This document shows, one piece after another, positions 24,938-38,490 of a DNA stretch of 64,000 nucleotides. Origin of the DNA: Fimbriosthenelais zetlandica (Eukaryota). The stretch spans positions 38,564,001 through 38,628,000 of the forward strand of contig OZ365110.1 in the NCBI GenBank assembly GCA_977030845.1. Direction: 5' to 3'. A program made the position numbers and the translations under genes. Within the stretch, counting starts at the first letter, position 1; each line of letters opens with the position of its first letter. The notes below the pieces were generated by a model. It had not been told where the DNA came from and searched no databases. It saw nothing but the letters and a program-made list of their open reading frames with translations.

Positions 24938-27900
24938 AGAGTTCCAAAATATCCAGATCTAGCTATTAGCGATTAAGATGTGAAAAACATTCAGTGCAAT
25001 AACTGGATCAGTATCATAACAGAGCTTAAAATGATGATACACAGCCTCGGAGTATATTCCTCATTTAAGAATTAATGTCCTTCTAGCTGTGATGAAAAAT
25101 ATAGTTATAGCTCCTTAAATATAATCATCTATTTCCAATCAAAGTATTTAAATCTTTTAATTGGGGCCATTAGTCATTCAAATTATCCCTATAACTATAA
25201 AAAAAATAATGCATAGCGGTTCGGGCAAAAGTTGGTGTGCAATTGCAATTCCTGGATGAATGGAATTACATGTATTCCATTCACAGAACTCTCAAGACCC
25301 CTGATAATTCCAAATCCAATGGTCGAATCCTATAATAGCTATGCACAACAATATGCTACAAATGTAGACTGTCACCGTTAGTACTCATTGGCATATCCCG
25401 CATAACTGTCATAGCCCTCTCAAAGTGAATCCATTTTCAAGATAAACACCCTGCTCCATGTGCTTTGGGTGTCAGCGATTTTTTTCTCCCTCCCTGCTCC
25501 GAGCTTGTGATGTTCCAAGGGGCCAATAGGACGATTCCCAGATGGGCTGTATTGACACGAACGGTGAGACGACAACATTAACAAAACGCCACTTAACATT
25601 CTGCTGCTGTAAAACGATTGCAAGCTCTTTCTTAAATGACCAGATCCATTCCTCATAACTGCATTCATCTTTACCTGTGTGTGTCTGGTTTATAAACATG
25701 TTCAAATAATTCTTAGTGATATAACAACCATCGATTTTATATCATTCATATAATTGTCACATGTATCATAAGCACACATATCTAGCTGGATCGATTGAGT
25801 CATGGGTAGTCTTCAAATGGCTCAGTCTTTCGCAAATAGTCCTAAATTGTTTCAGTCAATGTTACAGTTCTGTGGTCGCACATTCTCATGTCATTCCTCA
25901 CGACACATTTGGAATAGATGTAATACTCCACAGAACACATGTATCAATATTGTTTTCACTGAATGTTTTGAGATCGCTAGTATATGGTTTTAGACAGATG
26001 AATGAGTCACAGATAAAATAATTCTGATCCCTATGTTATTATATTATAGTGACGAGAGTGCAATAATTTCACAAATAATATGACAAATTTCTTCGCCGAG
26101 AAGGCCTTATGAAATCAGCCCATGTGTACAGCAGTTTTACAACTTCCCAAATCATGCACCTCTGCCAACTTATTCCTGAATCTACTACAAATTTATGTGT
26201 TAAAACACAGTGTCTTGCATCAGGAATTGTCATTTTGCTATATAATAGTGCATGGTATGATATTTACTTGGATTATAAAATCTCTGCTTTGATCTTGGAA
26301 TATTTAAAAAGTATGGCTTCTTTTGTATTTCGCAGGTGGCAGTCGTTAGGACACGATTTAGCAGGCGCTCGTCACACATCGTCAACATCCACGCGTTTCC
26401 TCTCGCCGAATCTCGTCCCTTTCCCGAGACTTGAACCAATCAGAACCATTGGCCCGGAACGAGGCCATCATGGCCGCCGACCCAATAGCCATGCACATTT
26501 CTCTTTTTCTCGATCCATCATTGAGAGGGTGGCTTTGATGCCGATTTTGTCTCGGGCGATTGATGTGGCTCGAGTCTGTTTACCCCATCAGGACCACTTG
26601 GCGGGAGGGACTTGTGGTCCATTTTCCGGTGTTTAAAGTCGAGGCTGGGGATCCTCGTGTCCCAAAAGTGGACGCGGAACAAGGACCACGTGTTGACACC
26701 TGTTGTGTTTATTTCATCACATGCCCATCATCTTCTGTCCATGTCATGTTATGAGAAATCTTAAACCTCTTAACAGTTTTAATGGCCTTCTCCGCTCGAT
26801 TTGTCTTGCACTTGAAGCCTTTAGAAATCTGAAACTCTTTTCCAAGTCACAGAGCGTTCTGAGGTGTTGTGGTTTACAAGGACCCTCTGTTGGAAGCTTG
26901 AATATCTTGAGCCTCAGCATTTTTTATCTTGAGGAAAAAAATCATGTTTCTATATTATAAAGTAATTTTAGTACACATTCTAATTGTTTTCACGAGGTCA
27001 TAGGTCGAAGTATATATAGGAATTAATGCATGGCTGTGATGACCATTTAATGTTTGACATATCAATTTCATATTTCCTGACAGCTAAAAATTCTCGTGTC
27101 ATGAAATAAATAACTGTTAGTATAATTGATCATAGTGTACAGAACTATATAAAGCGACATTTGATGCTGCTATTTCTCACCATCATCACTAACAACCAAT
27201 GCAGGCAGCAGTGAGGGTGGTCCAACGAGTAATTTATGTGCCGAGCAAATATCAATTACCTCATATTCATGGATGGCAGCGGGGATTAGTTTTCCCCACG
27301 AAGGGGAACCGCGACACCGATGCTACGGCAAGGTCGAGGCGATGAAGGACGAATGAGAGAGGGCCCCCGGAAATATGGGGAGAGTTGGTATTTTGGTATG
27401 TAGATGGCTTCCTTCTGCTTGTACAATTCATAGATATTATATTGGGATAGAATTATAGAAATAGACTAAGGATTTATTGATTTATGATTGTTACAAGGGA
27501 GGTATTTTTCAATATGAGGTATTTTTTTAAAGGTATTTTTCAAATATTTTTTCTCCATTGTATGATATATATTATGAGTTACCTTTTCATTATATAATGA
27601 TAATATGGCGCTTAATTAATTTACTGTGTACCATTATTTCTTCGACGTGTTAGGATAATATAGTGCTCACACTGCAGTGTCTGGAACTGATGGGATCTAT
27701 ATTCATATTAATATAAGTAAGGCACTTCATAACTATCATTTATTGAAAGTTGTCCTAATCAGTTGCACCTGATCATACATATATGAAGGTAAAAGGATGG
27801 ATTACACCTTCTGCAATTATCTGACAAGTCAGGCACGTGGAGGAGTTGCATTCCAGGGACATTCAGGATACCTGGCTACAAGCGATCTGTTAACATGGTA

Positions 27901-29620
27901 TGATAGTCAGGGATCAGACTGATATCAACGAGTAACACTAGCTCCAGGCGTGCCGGGAGGGCGCCCGGAGCAGAGCTGGTACCTCCAGGTACATTATACA
28001 CCCCCATCAGGCAGAGACCCTGGAGCATAGGATGAGTCTATCACACAAGATGAAGTTTGCATTTGATGATCTGGGGTTTATATATTGGAGGGGGAGGGGG
28101 TTATTGTAAGGGTTCACAGGGCGTTTCTTATCAAAGATAGAAAGTTAGTCATTGAGAAAAAAAAGGTGAGATTAAATATAAATGGATGGGGTAGGCAAGG
28201 GTATTTCTGTGACTTGATATGGTGGATGAGTTAGTGAGTGTATTAGAAAAAATCATAAAGAAGCGCAGCGTAATGATTAATGTGGATATGGATGTCATGA
28301 GTGGAAGTTTCATTCATCAAATAGCAATCAACATCTGATTCCAACGGCGCGCGTTATATTTGATAATTGCACGGTATCTTTTACGTTTGCTGATAATAAA
28401 CTGGAATAGAAATCATCGATGGTTAGTTCCTAATAACTTTTGAAAACTATTAGGAAGTCAATTATTTAAACAGCTACTCTTCTTGATCAAAAGGATCATT
28501 TATGAGATAGATAGATATGGGAAAGTTACCCAGGAAGAGTTTACCAAATTTCACGGAATGTTCTTTACACCTCCCTTGCTTCTGTATGTAAGTATAATTA
28601 TTCATAATCACAATTTTAAAACTGTATAATCTATTGGTTTGATTACGAGTCAAAATAAAGGAGAACCAATTATAGCTAATAGGTTATACCTCTCATACAG
28701 TATAGGACTATTATAGTGGGCTAAAGTGTCAGGCATTCTCCGATTTGATCTTTCACCATCGTGGTTGACACCCAGTAGGACAAACCCACCGGGGTCAGAG
28801 CTTAGCTATTATCTCGCTGATATTTAATCGTTCCTTTTGCTTATTTTCCTTTCATTTTTCAACTTCAAGAGTCTAATAAAAATGCCATATTTTATATGGA
28901 CCAGTTTTAAATGGACCAATTCAACTGTTACAGGAAGTAAGAGCGATCGACTGTTAGTGGTTTGCTAGAAGATGCAGGTTATCAGATACCTGTACAGGAC
29001 CTGTAGATATTGAAATGGCCAGTCAAAAATAATACTGCGCAGTCATTTCTCGGTAAACGATTGAGTTGTTTTCCTGGTATATTATAAACAGGCAAGTCTT
29101 CACAATGATTAATGATTCCGCATCCGGAATAAATCGAAGCAATAGTCACTGCACTAATCTCCTCAGCACTTTCTTAAACATTTTCTCCGTGAAACATCGA
29201 CTGGCTTGTCATGGACATATCTCAGGTGAAATAAGAAATAGACCTGGCCAAGCCAAATTCAAATCATTCATCATATACCTAGGAGATATATTTGAAATGA
29301 TTATGATAAGAAACTGTTGGTCGGAAATCTATGTATCCTTGCTGTCGGTAATAAATGAGAGATGGTGGAAAAAACGGTTCATATAACACAGAAAGTTTGC
29401 CAGCAATCAAACATGTATGTAACTTTGGTATTGCTTGCCTCTTCTCCCGCAGTAACCCCCTCTGGAGCTGGGTCAGCCCCTCAGCGGAGCGCCCCCAAAC
29501 GGGCCAACCCAGTCCATCATCCCACTGGGCTGAGCTCAAATTGCATCCCGAGTATGATTTGAAAAACAGCGGAGCTAATAGAGAAGCAATTTATTAATCC
29601 TCTCTCTGAGAGGTTCGCTT

Positions 29621-29634
29621 CTGCCCCCTGGTGG
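29621..29634 (-). promoter_or_regulatory. CTCF-like motif
   Basis: Reverse complement reads CCACCAGGGGGCAG, a full match to the CTCF core CCRSYAGRKGGCRS. Binding not demonstrated. Confidence 0.55.
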
Positions 29635-30356
29635 TTGGCTGGATAAACAGGGCGTTAATTCGGATGGTTTTTGCCACCGATTGACGCGCTACCTGGAGTT
29701 AGGTGGAGTAACTAGATACTGGAGGGAACGCTTGGCAATGACGCTCAGTGACAAGCCTGGGGTCGGTTGGGAATGTATGAGAGGAAACTGCAGGTATATA
29801 GAGGGGCACACGGTCATAATTCATATTCATATTGCCATCTGGCATCTTATTTCTGACTCAGCTATGCTCAGCATCTCGTCCACCAATTAGGCCTACATGG
29901 AATTCATGGATGAGAATCCTACTTGCCCATTCGTCTTATTACAGAGACAGACCAGTAAAAACACTGTCTATAAGATGCAGGCTCGGATTCCAACCAGACA
30001 GGGGAGGTGGTCCCGGTCGTTCAATATTAAAAGGTTATATGATAAGCAAGGCAAACGGATGGTATTTCCACTGCTGCACATTTCTGTGACATCTGTAAAT
30101 GATTGCAGTGTTTTAATAGAAGCGACTGACGGTTGGATAAATGCATTGGTTATGGCACCCCATGGATATGCATCTTTATTTTAACCTTTAGAATTAGCAG
30201 GAGTTGGAGAACAGAGAGATGAGCTTGGATATCAAATAATTTAGCTGATTCTATCCCAGGACAATTTTCTCTTTGAAACCAAAATATTTCTGGGTGGCCA
30301 AGATGCGTATCAAAGTCGTCATGTATCCAAGAGATGCAACAGGAAGTATTGCGCCT

Positions 30357-30690
30357 CATGGTTCCCACGGATTTTGAAAATCCTGGAAACAAATGGTGGT
30401 TATAGAAAGTTATGGTAAAGTTATGGAATCATGTCAATTTTGGAAAACATATTAGGAAAGCCTCGAAAAAAAGTTATGGAAATTAAAAGAACATTATGCA
30501 GTGGCTGCTTAAAAGGTGATAAACTAATGTTCATAAGGTGGGGACAAATTAAATAACATTTTGACGTTTATTTACAAGAAGCCTTGCCGCCAAACACCGC
30601 GAAAAAAATGGAAATTTTACCATGTTTGGGGTTTGGAAAGTGATAGACAATTTATGGAATTGCCTTTTCAGATTGGAAATGGAAAGAGGT
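30357..30690 (+). mobile_element. Possible degenerate non-autonomous DNA-transposon fragment
   Basis: Begins CATGGTTCCCACGG...AAATCCTGGAAA, with repeated AAGTTATGG units at 30409, 30420 and 30473. From memory this resembles widespread MITEs starting CAGGGTTCCCACGG with GTCATGGAA subrepeats. No clear second TIR or TSD. Confidence 0.35.
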
Positions 30691-33252
30691 AAAATAGAGA
30701 TTCGACATTTGGCCTACCGTAGCCAATAGTTAGCCCGTAATGTCTGAGCTAATAGCCTATTTGCAGAGAGTGAAACTTCCGTCTGAAACAGACCCAAGGT
30801 TTGTTTAGTTTGTTTCAACTGCCGAACATAAAAGTACTTTATCAATCTGGTATACTTGATACAAGTGAATCGGCTCACCAGCGACACCTGTAGTGAATTT
30901 CTAACGACATCCTCAAGCGTCAATTCTCCTGTTTCGCACCAGGGGGAGGCAACTGACGTAAACTCTAAAGAAACCGTGGAAGTTTATTTTCAAAATCAAT
31001 TCATCTCAATGCCTGGATTTGAATAAACATACACCAAAATAGCACATATATGCCCGGGATGGGAGGAAGGTGACTAAGGCCTAAAAAAAAGCATAAAGGC
31101 ACAAAATCTCGACCTAAATTCATTAGGGCACATGATTTTAATTAGGTCTAAGCCTATACACTACAGTTCTAGGCCTCTTAGCCTCATTGCCAGTGGGGAA
31201 ACATGTCGGCGGGAAAAGAAGCCGAAAACAATTCATGAATTGTTTTGTCCTCCATCCTGGGAAAAAATATAATCGAGCGGAAATAAAGGATTAGAGAGGG
31301 CCCGCATGACAGCGTGGGAACCAATCACTGGCGGAGACGCATCCTGGATACACGTCGTCGACGTTAGCAACAGTCGACGTAACGTCGTGTCAGGTAAAGT
31401 GACAGGCAGATTTATGGGGAGCCCCTGGGAATAAGAAGCCAATTAAATGAAACGTACCCAACAGATGGAACAATAGGCCATTACGGTGTATAATCTTTGT
31501 GTATTCTCACGTGAGATAGAGCTGATACATCTATATCTATTAATCCTATGAGACCGATTTTAAACTTTTGACGACTATGAAACTAAGTTTCAATGAAAGG
31601 ACTTAAGTTTGTTTTGTTTTCAGTTTTCCAGCACATCTGTTGATTATGCCTTTGTACAGTAAAGTTTAGCCAACAGTGGAAATAATTTTACTAGCATTGG
31701 CCTACATCTAAGCCTAATGTCATTGTAGAATAATACATAATTTGTTATAACCCACGTTTACTTTTGATCACGTAAAATAAAAATTATTAAAGGCCTACAT
31801 GAAAGTGCCTAGGCTACAATTATAGAGAGAGGGGGGGATCCGAGGGTTGGAGAAAGAGATCACAGTGAAAGACAACGAAACGGAGAACGAAGTGAGAAGG
31901 GAGAGGGAATGAGAGAATTTTCACCACATGGCTCTGTACCTCGCAGAAGAGGTTTACAGGTTCCCCATGTATCCACTAGGTGTCGACTGGGTCGGCAGGC
32001 CGGGCCAAATCTTTCCAACTAAACTTGGAGTAGATCAACAGTTCCCGTAGACTGTAGACTCGCTGAGCTGTCTTATTGAATCATTATTTGGAGAACTATT
32101 ATTGGGACGGGATGGGATAGTCGTTTTATTTGTGCATTGGATGTTTGATATTATTATTCAGAAATAATAAAATTGATTAGAAGGGCTTATATCCATCAGG
32201 TCGAATTTATGGATGATAGTTAAAAGAAGAAGAAAATATCATGCCTATTATTCTAAAGGAAATCATACCGGAAGTTGGTTGGCAGTTGACCAATATTATC
32301 AAACAAGTTTTATGACGTAATAACGCCAAGTTCAAGATGGCGGCCTCAGTGCCAGAAGGGGCGGATTTATTGGCTTTTATTGGGGCCCTTAATATGAAAA
32401 ATAGAACTAGACTCGAACCAACGGGCAGATCGATGCAACACAGGCACAGATTTGGAAATTGCAGTATTATAAACCTAGGCCTGCTAGCTTTTCTGCTGAT
32501 AGGCCTAGCGAAAAAAGCCCGTTGGACTCATCTCTCGTCTGGAGCTTAATAATCCGTGCTTTGAGGAATATCTTACATTGAATGTCAGCCTTTAGTTTTA
32601 ATGAGAGATCCTTCATGGTTTAGCCTGAACAATGATCTTCGGTTTCCAGCTGTTTGTAAATATTAATCTTGCCTTAAGAAAACTACAACGTCATCCATCA
32701 TGGCTGCCCCCTGTTGGACGGTGGTGGACATAAAACAGGGTCATGTGACTGTCACGTGAATGTCGGTTGAGGATGGATGATGGAATGAAACATTCATCCC
32801 AATACGAGCAACCAGAGTATGGTAGGCCATGGCCAGTTACACCAAAGGTCAAATACAATTCATTGTCAAAGACCAAGCAAAATTATTGTTTACTCTTATT
32901 GGGAAGACTTTACTTTTTGCGAAAGACAAATGCTTTAAAGTCATTTAAAGTTCCCATTAAGGGATCCATCTATACTGTTAACGATTTCCTTTAAAATTCT
33001 CAAATGTGTCTCCTAAATTTACAAGACACTGTATGCTTTATGTACGTAGCCTATTCAAAATAATATGAGTGACAATTATGATTGCATGGGAATTTATCCC
33101 ACAAGAATGAAAAAAAGTCCATTTGTAGGCATTAGCAGACCCTGTTGTCAATATGACATAATAATAATATGTATCAGTGTTCAGTCACATTATTGGAATC
33201 AATTTAGTGAATCGTGACCACATGCTAACCGATCGTCCGTGTCCATATAATG

Positions 33253-33328
33253 GGGTCATGGGTCAATCGTCATCATGGTCATTGTCTTGGCAACGTCGTC
33301 AGGTCAAGAAGAGGTCAGGATGAGGTCA
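33253..33328 (+). promoter_or_regulatory. Nuclear-receptor element cluster: DR1 plus tandem DR5-DR5 (RARE-like)
   Basis: GGGTCA-t-GGGTCA at 33253-33265; AGGTCA-agaag-AGGTCA-ggatg-AGGTCA at 33301-33328. Confidence 0.6.
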
Positions 33329-36300
33329 CTCCCAAGTGAAGTGATGGTCATCGGAAGGTCGGGAAGGGCGGGCGTAGGTCGCATCAGCGGTCATTTGTTC
33401 GGAGTGACAGGGAGGGAAGCCAGGCACAAATGACCACATCTTCACTGCTGGCTGTGGCAGGCGCCTGTCCACTGGACGCTGCTCTGATGAGCAGGCTCGG
33501 ATCTAAGGGGTCGACTCTGAGGTAAATGCCCCCTAGATGTCCAGTTACTGTCATATATTAGCAATGTGTTCAACAATAAAGCAGAACTTGTGTTCGAGCA
33601 CAAAACACTCTTATTTCTCCTCGAGGCTCAAAATGTTGGATGTGGGGTATAAAGAAGGGCTTCTGCCCCAGCCATTTAGATTTCGTATTGGAATGACTTT
33701 CGAGGGAAAGTCCAGAGATGTGCCCTGAGGACAACTGGATCCCCATCGTGTCATCCCGCCTGGATCCGCCTCTGATGAGGTGCTGCTTGAGCAGGGTATC
33801 TGGTTTTGATAGTAAGATTATGCCTGGTGATGTGGGTGGGTATAATGGTTACACGGAGGACGTCTATATAATTATGGGGGACCCCAGGGCTCCATACCTC
33901 TCCGATCCTCTTACAGCTATAACTAAACAGATACAGCTGACAATGATTTAGGCGAAGGTCAAGTGTATTAGTGAATTTATTTTTTAAGGGATGCATGCAG
34001 GGTTTTGAGGTAGAGATTGGAAAACCCACACTATATAGGAAGAAAGTCCTGTCCAAATATGGCTAAATCCGATTCTCCAGTCCGTCGCCATTCGAACCCT
34101 AATTTCTAATGTCATTCAACGATTGAAACGTTGTCAGTAGTTACATAGGTGTAAATGTCTTCAAATTTCATGCATTTGTGTCAATAGAAATATACAGCTA
34201 TCGGATGGAGCCGGGTATAGAGAATCGGAACAATGTGCTCCAGGCTTAGGACTGAAACGAATTGGGATGAAGAGTGAGGGTGCATTCCTGTCTGTCTGAA
34301 TGTCCCTTTAGCTTAATTCTCATGTCTCCTTGTTTAGATAACGTAAAATGACTGAGGTGTTTTGACTGGCACTGGGATCCAGACCTACACCTGCATGTGT
34401 TTCACACTATCTGATATCAGCGTCACGCTCGTGTGGTGTCCCTACAACCAGACTGCATCTGACACTTCTCAACCTGATTAACCGTAAAATTACAGTCGAT
34501 GCCAGTCATTAAACATCCTATACAACCTGCCTATTTCAGTTCACAACTCAGTGGAAAAACACTGTACTTCTTGACATTATGCCTATATATTCGGAGGCCC
34601 CTTTATATAAAAGATACATCACTTCCGTCATTAAAATAATCATTTCTATTTTTTTCCAAATGGTCTGCCAGGTAATTCAGTCCCCCACATCATCAGAGTT
34701 AGCTGATTCTCAGCTGTTTGACTCGTGGAATTGATTACCACAATTTTTGCCAGCCATCCCACGCTCAGCGACCATCGATCAATCCCTACAAAATGTCCAT
34801 TTCCTGAAAGTCGTAACATTTGATCACCCTCCCCGCGTTCTCCAAATAATGATCGCGCAATTTACGTTGATCTAAACGGCGGTGGTCGATGCCCAGGGAG
34901 TTGGAGGGGTGGAGTAGGATGGGGGATGTAGGATGCATGGACCTCCTTACCGACCCTTGCTCCCTCGTTCTCACCCTCGAACTGCGCGCGCATACTCTGC
35001 GTCTGACACTCATTGTGTTCCGGTGATACATCGCCGACTGACCTTGCCCGCCGAAAAGGGCTCATGTCGGGTTAAGTAAAAACTACGCGATTGTTGTCAT
35101 TCGACCATCAACTGACCCGGCCTTTCAATAACTACACCGCCTCTCCCCTCTTTTTATGAGCCCATTGGGTGCGGGCCCAGCCGCCATTTTGTTTCCCCCA
35201 CTCCATCTCACATCATTTTTTTGAAGGGCACGCCCCAAGAAATCTGATCATTATTGTAGTGAGGGGGCGCCCGTGTTGTCCTATCTATTACTAAACCCCT
35301 TTCTAGGGTTATCGCTCCGTTATCACTGATAGGATGTCGTATTACTTGAGGGGCGGGGTAGGGGTGAGCGGAGGGATCCAGAATCGCCCTTTTTCTCCCC
35401 CAACCCACCCTCTGGACTGACACACGCGGGGGCAAATTGACCAAAGCGGGACCTTTTTCTGTCAGCGTCGGCGGCGATCGTAAAGTGACGTGGCGCCACA
35501 AACCTCATTATCGCTCATCAGCTGTAATTGAGTAAAGAGAAAGGAAATGGAAATCATGATAGGGGCACGATCCTGGACGGGCGTAATTGAGAGAGGCTAG
35601 CACTGATCCTATACAATGTAACAAACGCGATTATAGGCCTAGAAAAATAGCACTTGTTTGTTATCAATTTCTTTTTCAACCCAACTAATGTATATAAAAA
35701 ACAATTAATATCAATTCCCTGCACCGATGTTGCATCATTTAAAGTGTATGTACTCAGTTGATGCCGAGTACTGTAAAACCTTTCAGATGGCAGGATGGGC
35801 GTATATACGCGTATTAAAAATATCACACATGTTGATGGGTCCAAAGGAAAAATGAAAGACTTATATTCTAATGATACTGTTTGAATAAGATGAAATGGCA
35901 CTGAAGAGTTAATAAATAATATGATGAAGGTATTGTACAGAAGGGTTATTCATGGCCTTATGACAGTGACATTATAAAGTGTATACCATCGTGGCCCGAG
36001 ATAATCTTACATAACTACATGCCCGTGTACATCCTTTCCCACAGGCATTATCCTACCCAGTGATATACAGGCCCATAGAATTGATATCATCCGCTTTTGT
36101 AATCGTTTTGACCCCCGTTTTTCAAGCTGTATTTGTAACGTTTTCATCCACTTACTGAAGATGGGCAGGACTCTGCAGTGACAACTGTATTTTGTTTATT
36201 ATGTCCCTCGTCTGTCGTATACAGGAAATTTACCCAAAATGATGGATAATTTCATCCGAAATTATTTATGAGATGAATATCAGGAAATACCTCTATAATG

Positions 36301-37577
36301 CGTGTACACTTTTGGATGTTGAAGATTGATGAGCTATGGTTTTGTATGCACTTATTATCAGTTACATAATCTATACATGACCGTTTAATGGAATGGTCTT
36401 TTGGTGGGATTAGAATGTGCACATGATAAAGAACATAATACGTGTAAATGTTTCTATGAACCTCGTTATTGAGGCTGATATAAGTGCAAATAATATCTTA
36501 TGTAATACGTAATTAGTCTTCTTGCTTGAAAATCCAGTGTCATAGAGACGTCCTTTGTTATGGCCATTCTCATTTTCAAGGATTCTAAAGCATCTATTTC
36601 CAATTCGGAAGTCATCTATAAAAGCTGCTAGAACTGAAAACTGAGAAAGGCAAAACGACCAATGAAACTGATTGCATTGTATGGCCTTTGTCAGTCACTG
36701 CATTGATGTCCTTTAGGTTGAGTGTATAATAAACCTGAATGTATTGTTCTTGGCCTTGGAGAGCCTTGGTCTTGCAGTCTGTGATGCCATCAGAAGAAGC
36801 TCCCAGTAATTACTTGAGGCTGAAGGTGTCTGGCTCATGCTCCTCTTGGAGCTTCACCACCCTGAGGGGTGTTGGCAAGCTCACCCAGGCCATTGTGACA
36901 TCCATTAGCCTATGATCATGGTGGGGTGCTCTCACTGGACCTCTCACTGCCTCTCTTGCTTGATGTATGAGCTAAAGCGAGCCGATGGGAGTTGAAAATG
37001 AGTTGGTCAGCAATGCACTCTGCCCTCTTACCTTTTGGAATCGATTAAGACTTGGGACCTCGAATGGGAAATTTTGCATTCCAATAACATTGATGGCATC
37101 TATTTGATTGTCTTGTCTTCCTATTCTTTTCAAATAGGCAACCTTATATCCATTTTTGCTCTCCAATTTAGAAATATTCCACGTATTTAATCACTTTTAA
37201 AGTGTGCAAAATGTCTTAATAATTGTATAATGGTACCATACCACAATTAATGCTTTATTTAGCATTCAATCAATCATCCAAGCTGCAGTCTTAATATAGA
37301 TACGATTAGCATCTTGTCGCTCCTGGTATAAGTGATGACCTGCTGAAGTCCAACTTCAAAAAGTAAGATGAGTTGCTATAAGCCGTGACTCCTATAATTC
37401 CTATGATGCACTGTTAGAATGAACTACATCAATGTCAGGTGATTTCACTTGGCGCGACCACAGCTTTTTATGAGCCATTTACCGATGTCCGTTTTACCTC
37501 TGCCAATTAACATAAATGGCCGCCAATTATTTTTGAGGCAAGGCTATGCTAATGCCAAGTACCTATGTCATGTGTTT

Positions 37578-37709
37578 TTAATTGGCCACACCAATTAAAT
37601 CTTAAATGGCCAAACCAATTATAGGATTAGGGAGAGCCTCTTTTCACTTGGCTATACCAATTATATTATAAATGGCGGTACCAATTATAGGATTAGGTGG
37701 GCCTGGGCC
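37578..37709. repeat. 66-bp tandem duplication, each unit carrying two TGGC-N4-CCAATTA motifs
   Basis: TGGC at 37583, 37607, 37649 and 37673; both units share ACCAATTATAGGATTAGG. Confidence 0.75.
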
Positions 37710-37862
37710 ATTTAGTTTTGAAATATTTATATTATTAATTTTGTGGTTAAATATGGTTGCAAATAATTTACCACTAATTATAAAATTAAATAAACGCACA
37801 TATGAAATATTATGAACAACTTTTATTCGATAATCCCTCGAATATATATACAAAAATCTAAT

Positions 37863-38490
37863 GCATTATCACAATGGAAATCATGATAATAATCAAAATA
37901 ATCCATCAAAAAATAACAATGGAATCTATGTATGGAATAATTAAAGCGTTATCACATAATGCAAACAAGCCTAATCAAAATAGACATGGATGACAAATGG
38001 ACACAATTGTACCAAAATGTTGATACTTTCATCGACACACAATATTAAATATCTCACAAATCTAAATATATAAAAAAATGTAAGCATTATCACAGAATGG
38101 TTAAATAATCATCATGAATGGTAAATGTACACAGGTGCACCCAAGATTCTGAAACTTTCGTCACAAGAAAATATTAAATATCTCACAAATCTAAATATAA
38201 AATAAGTAAAGTATTACTACAAAATAAACATAATTAACATGGATGGTGAATACCGCAAAATATACAATAATTGATGGCCTGATCGAGAGAGCTAAGTAAA
38301 AAATATCAAAAATTTCTAATATCTCTAAAACATGTTTACACAAAAACTTAAGGCATTGTCACAGGATGAGAAGTATCCTAATCATGGATGATAAATGTAC
38401 ACAGATGTACCCCAGATTGTGATAGTTCCATCATCACACTAAAATTTTATTACCACTGAAATATAAATATACAGTAATTTAAAGTATTCC
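37863..38490. repeat. Degenerate AT-rich tandem repeat, ~130-140 bp unit
   Basis: Unit anchors (GCATTATCAC-like) at 37946, 38084, 38211, 38353 and 38484; exact 30-mer AATATTAAATATCTCACAAATCTAAATATA at 38041 and 38170; recurring CATGGATG..AAATGTACACA. Confidence 0.75.

Noticed and set aside
26109-26636. 175-aa plus-strand ORF, longest outside the LTR element
   Set aside because: No motif or family resemblance; crosses a compositional boundary; the region looks like a CCAAT-rich regulatory island.
30359-31322. 11-bp inverted match TGGTTCCCACG / CGTGGGAACCA as possible TIRs of a ~960-bp element
   Set aside because: No target-site duplication and the interior does not look like one element; only the left part is listed, at low confidence.
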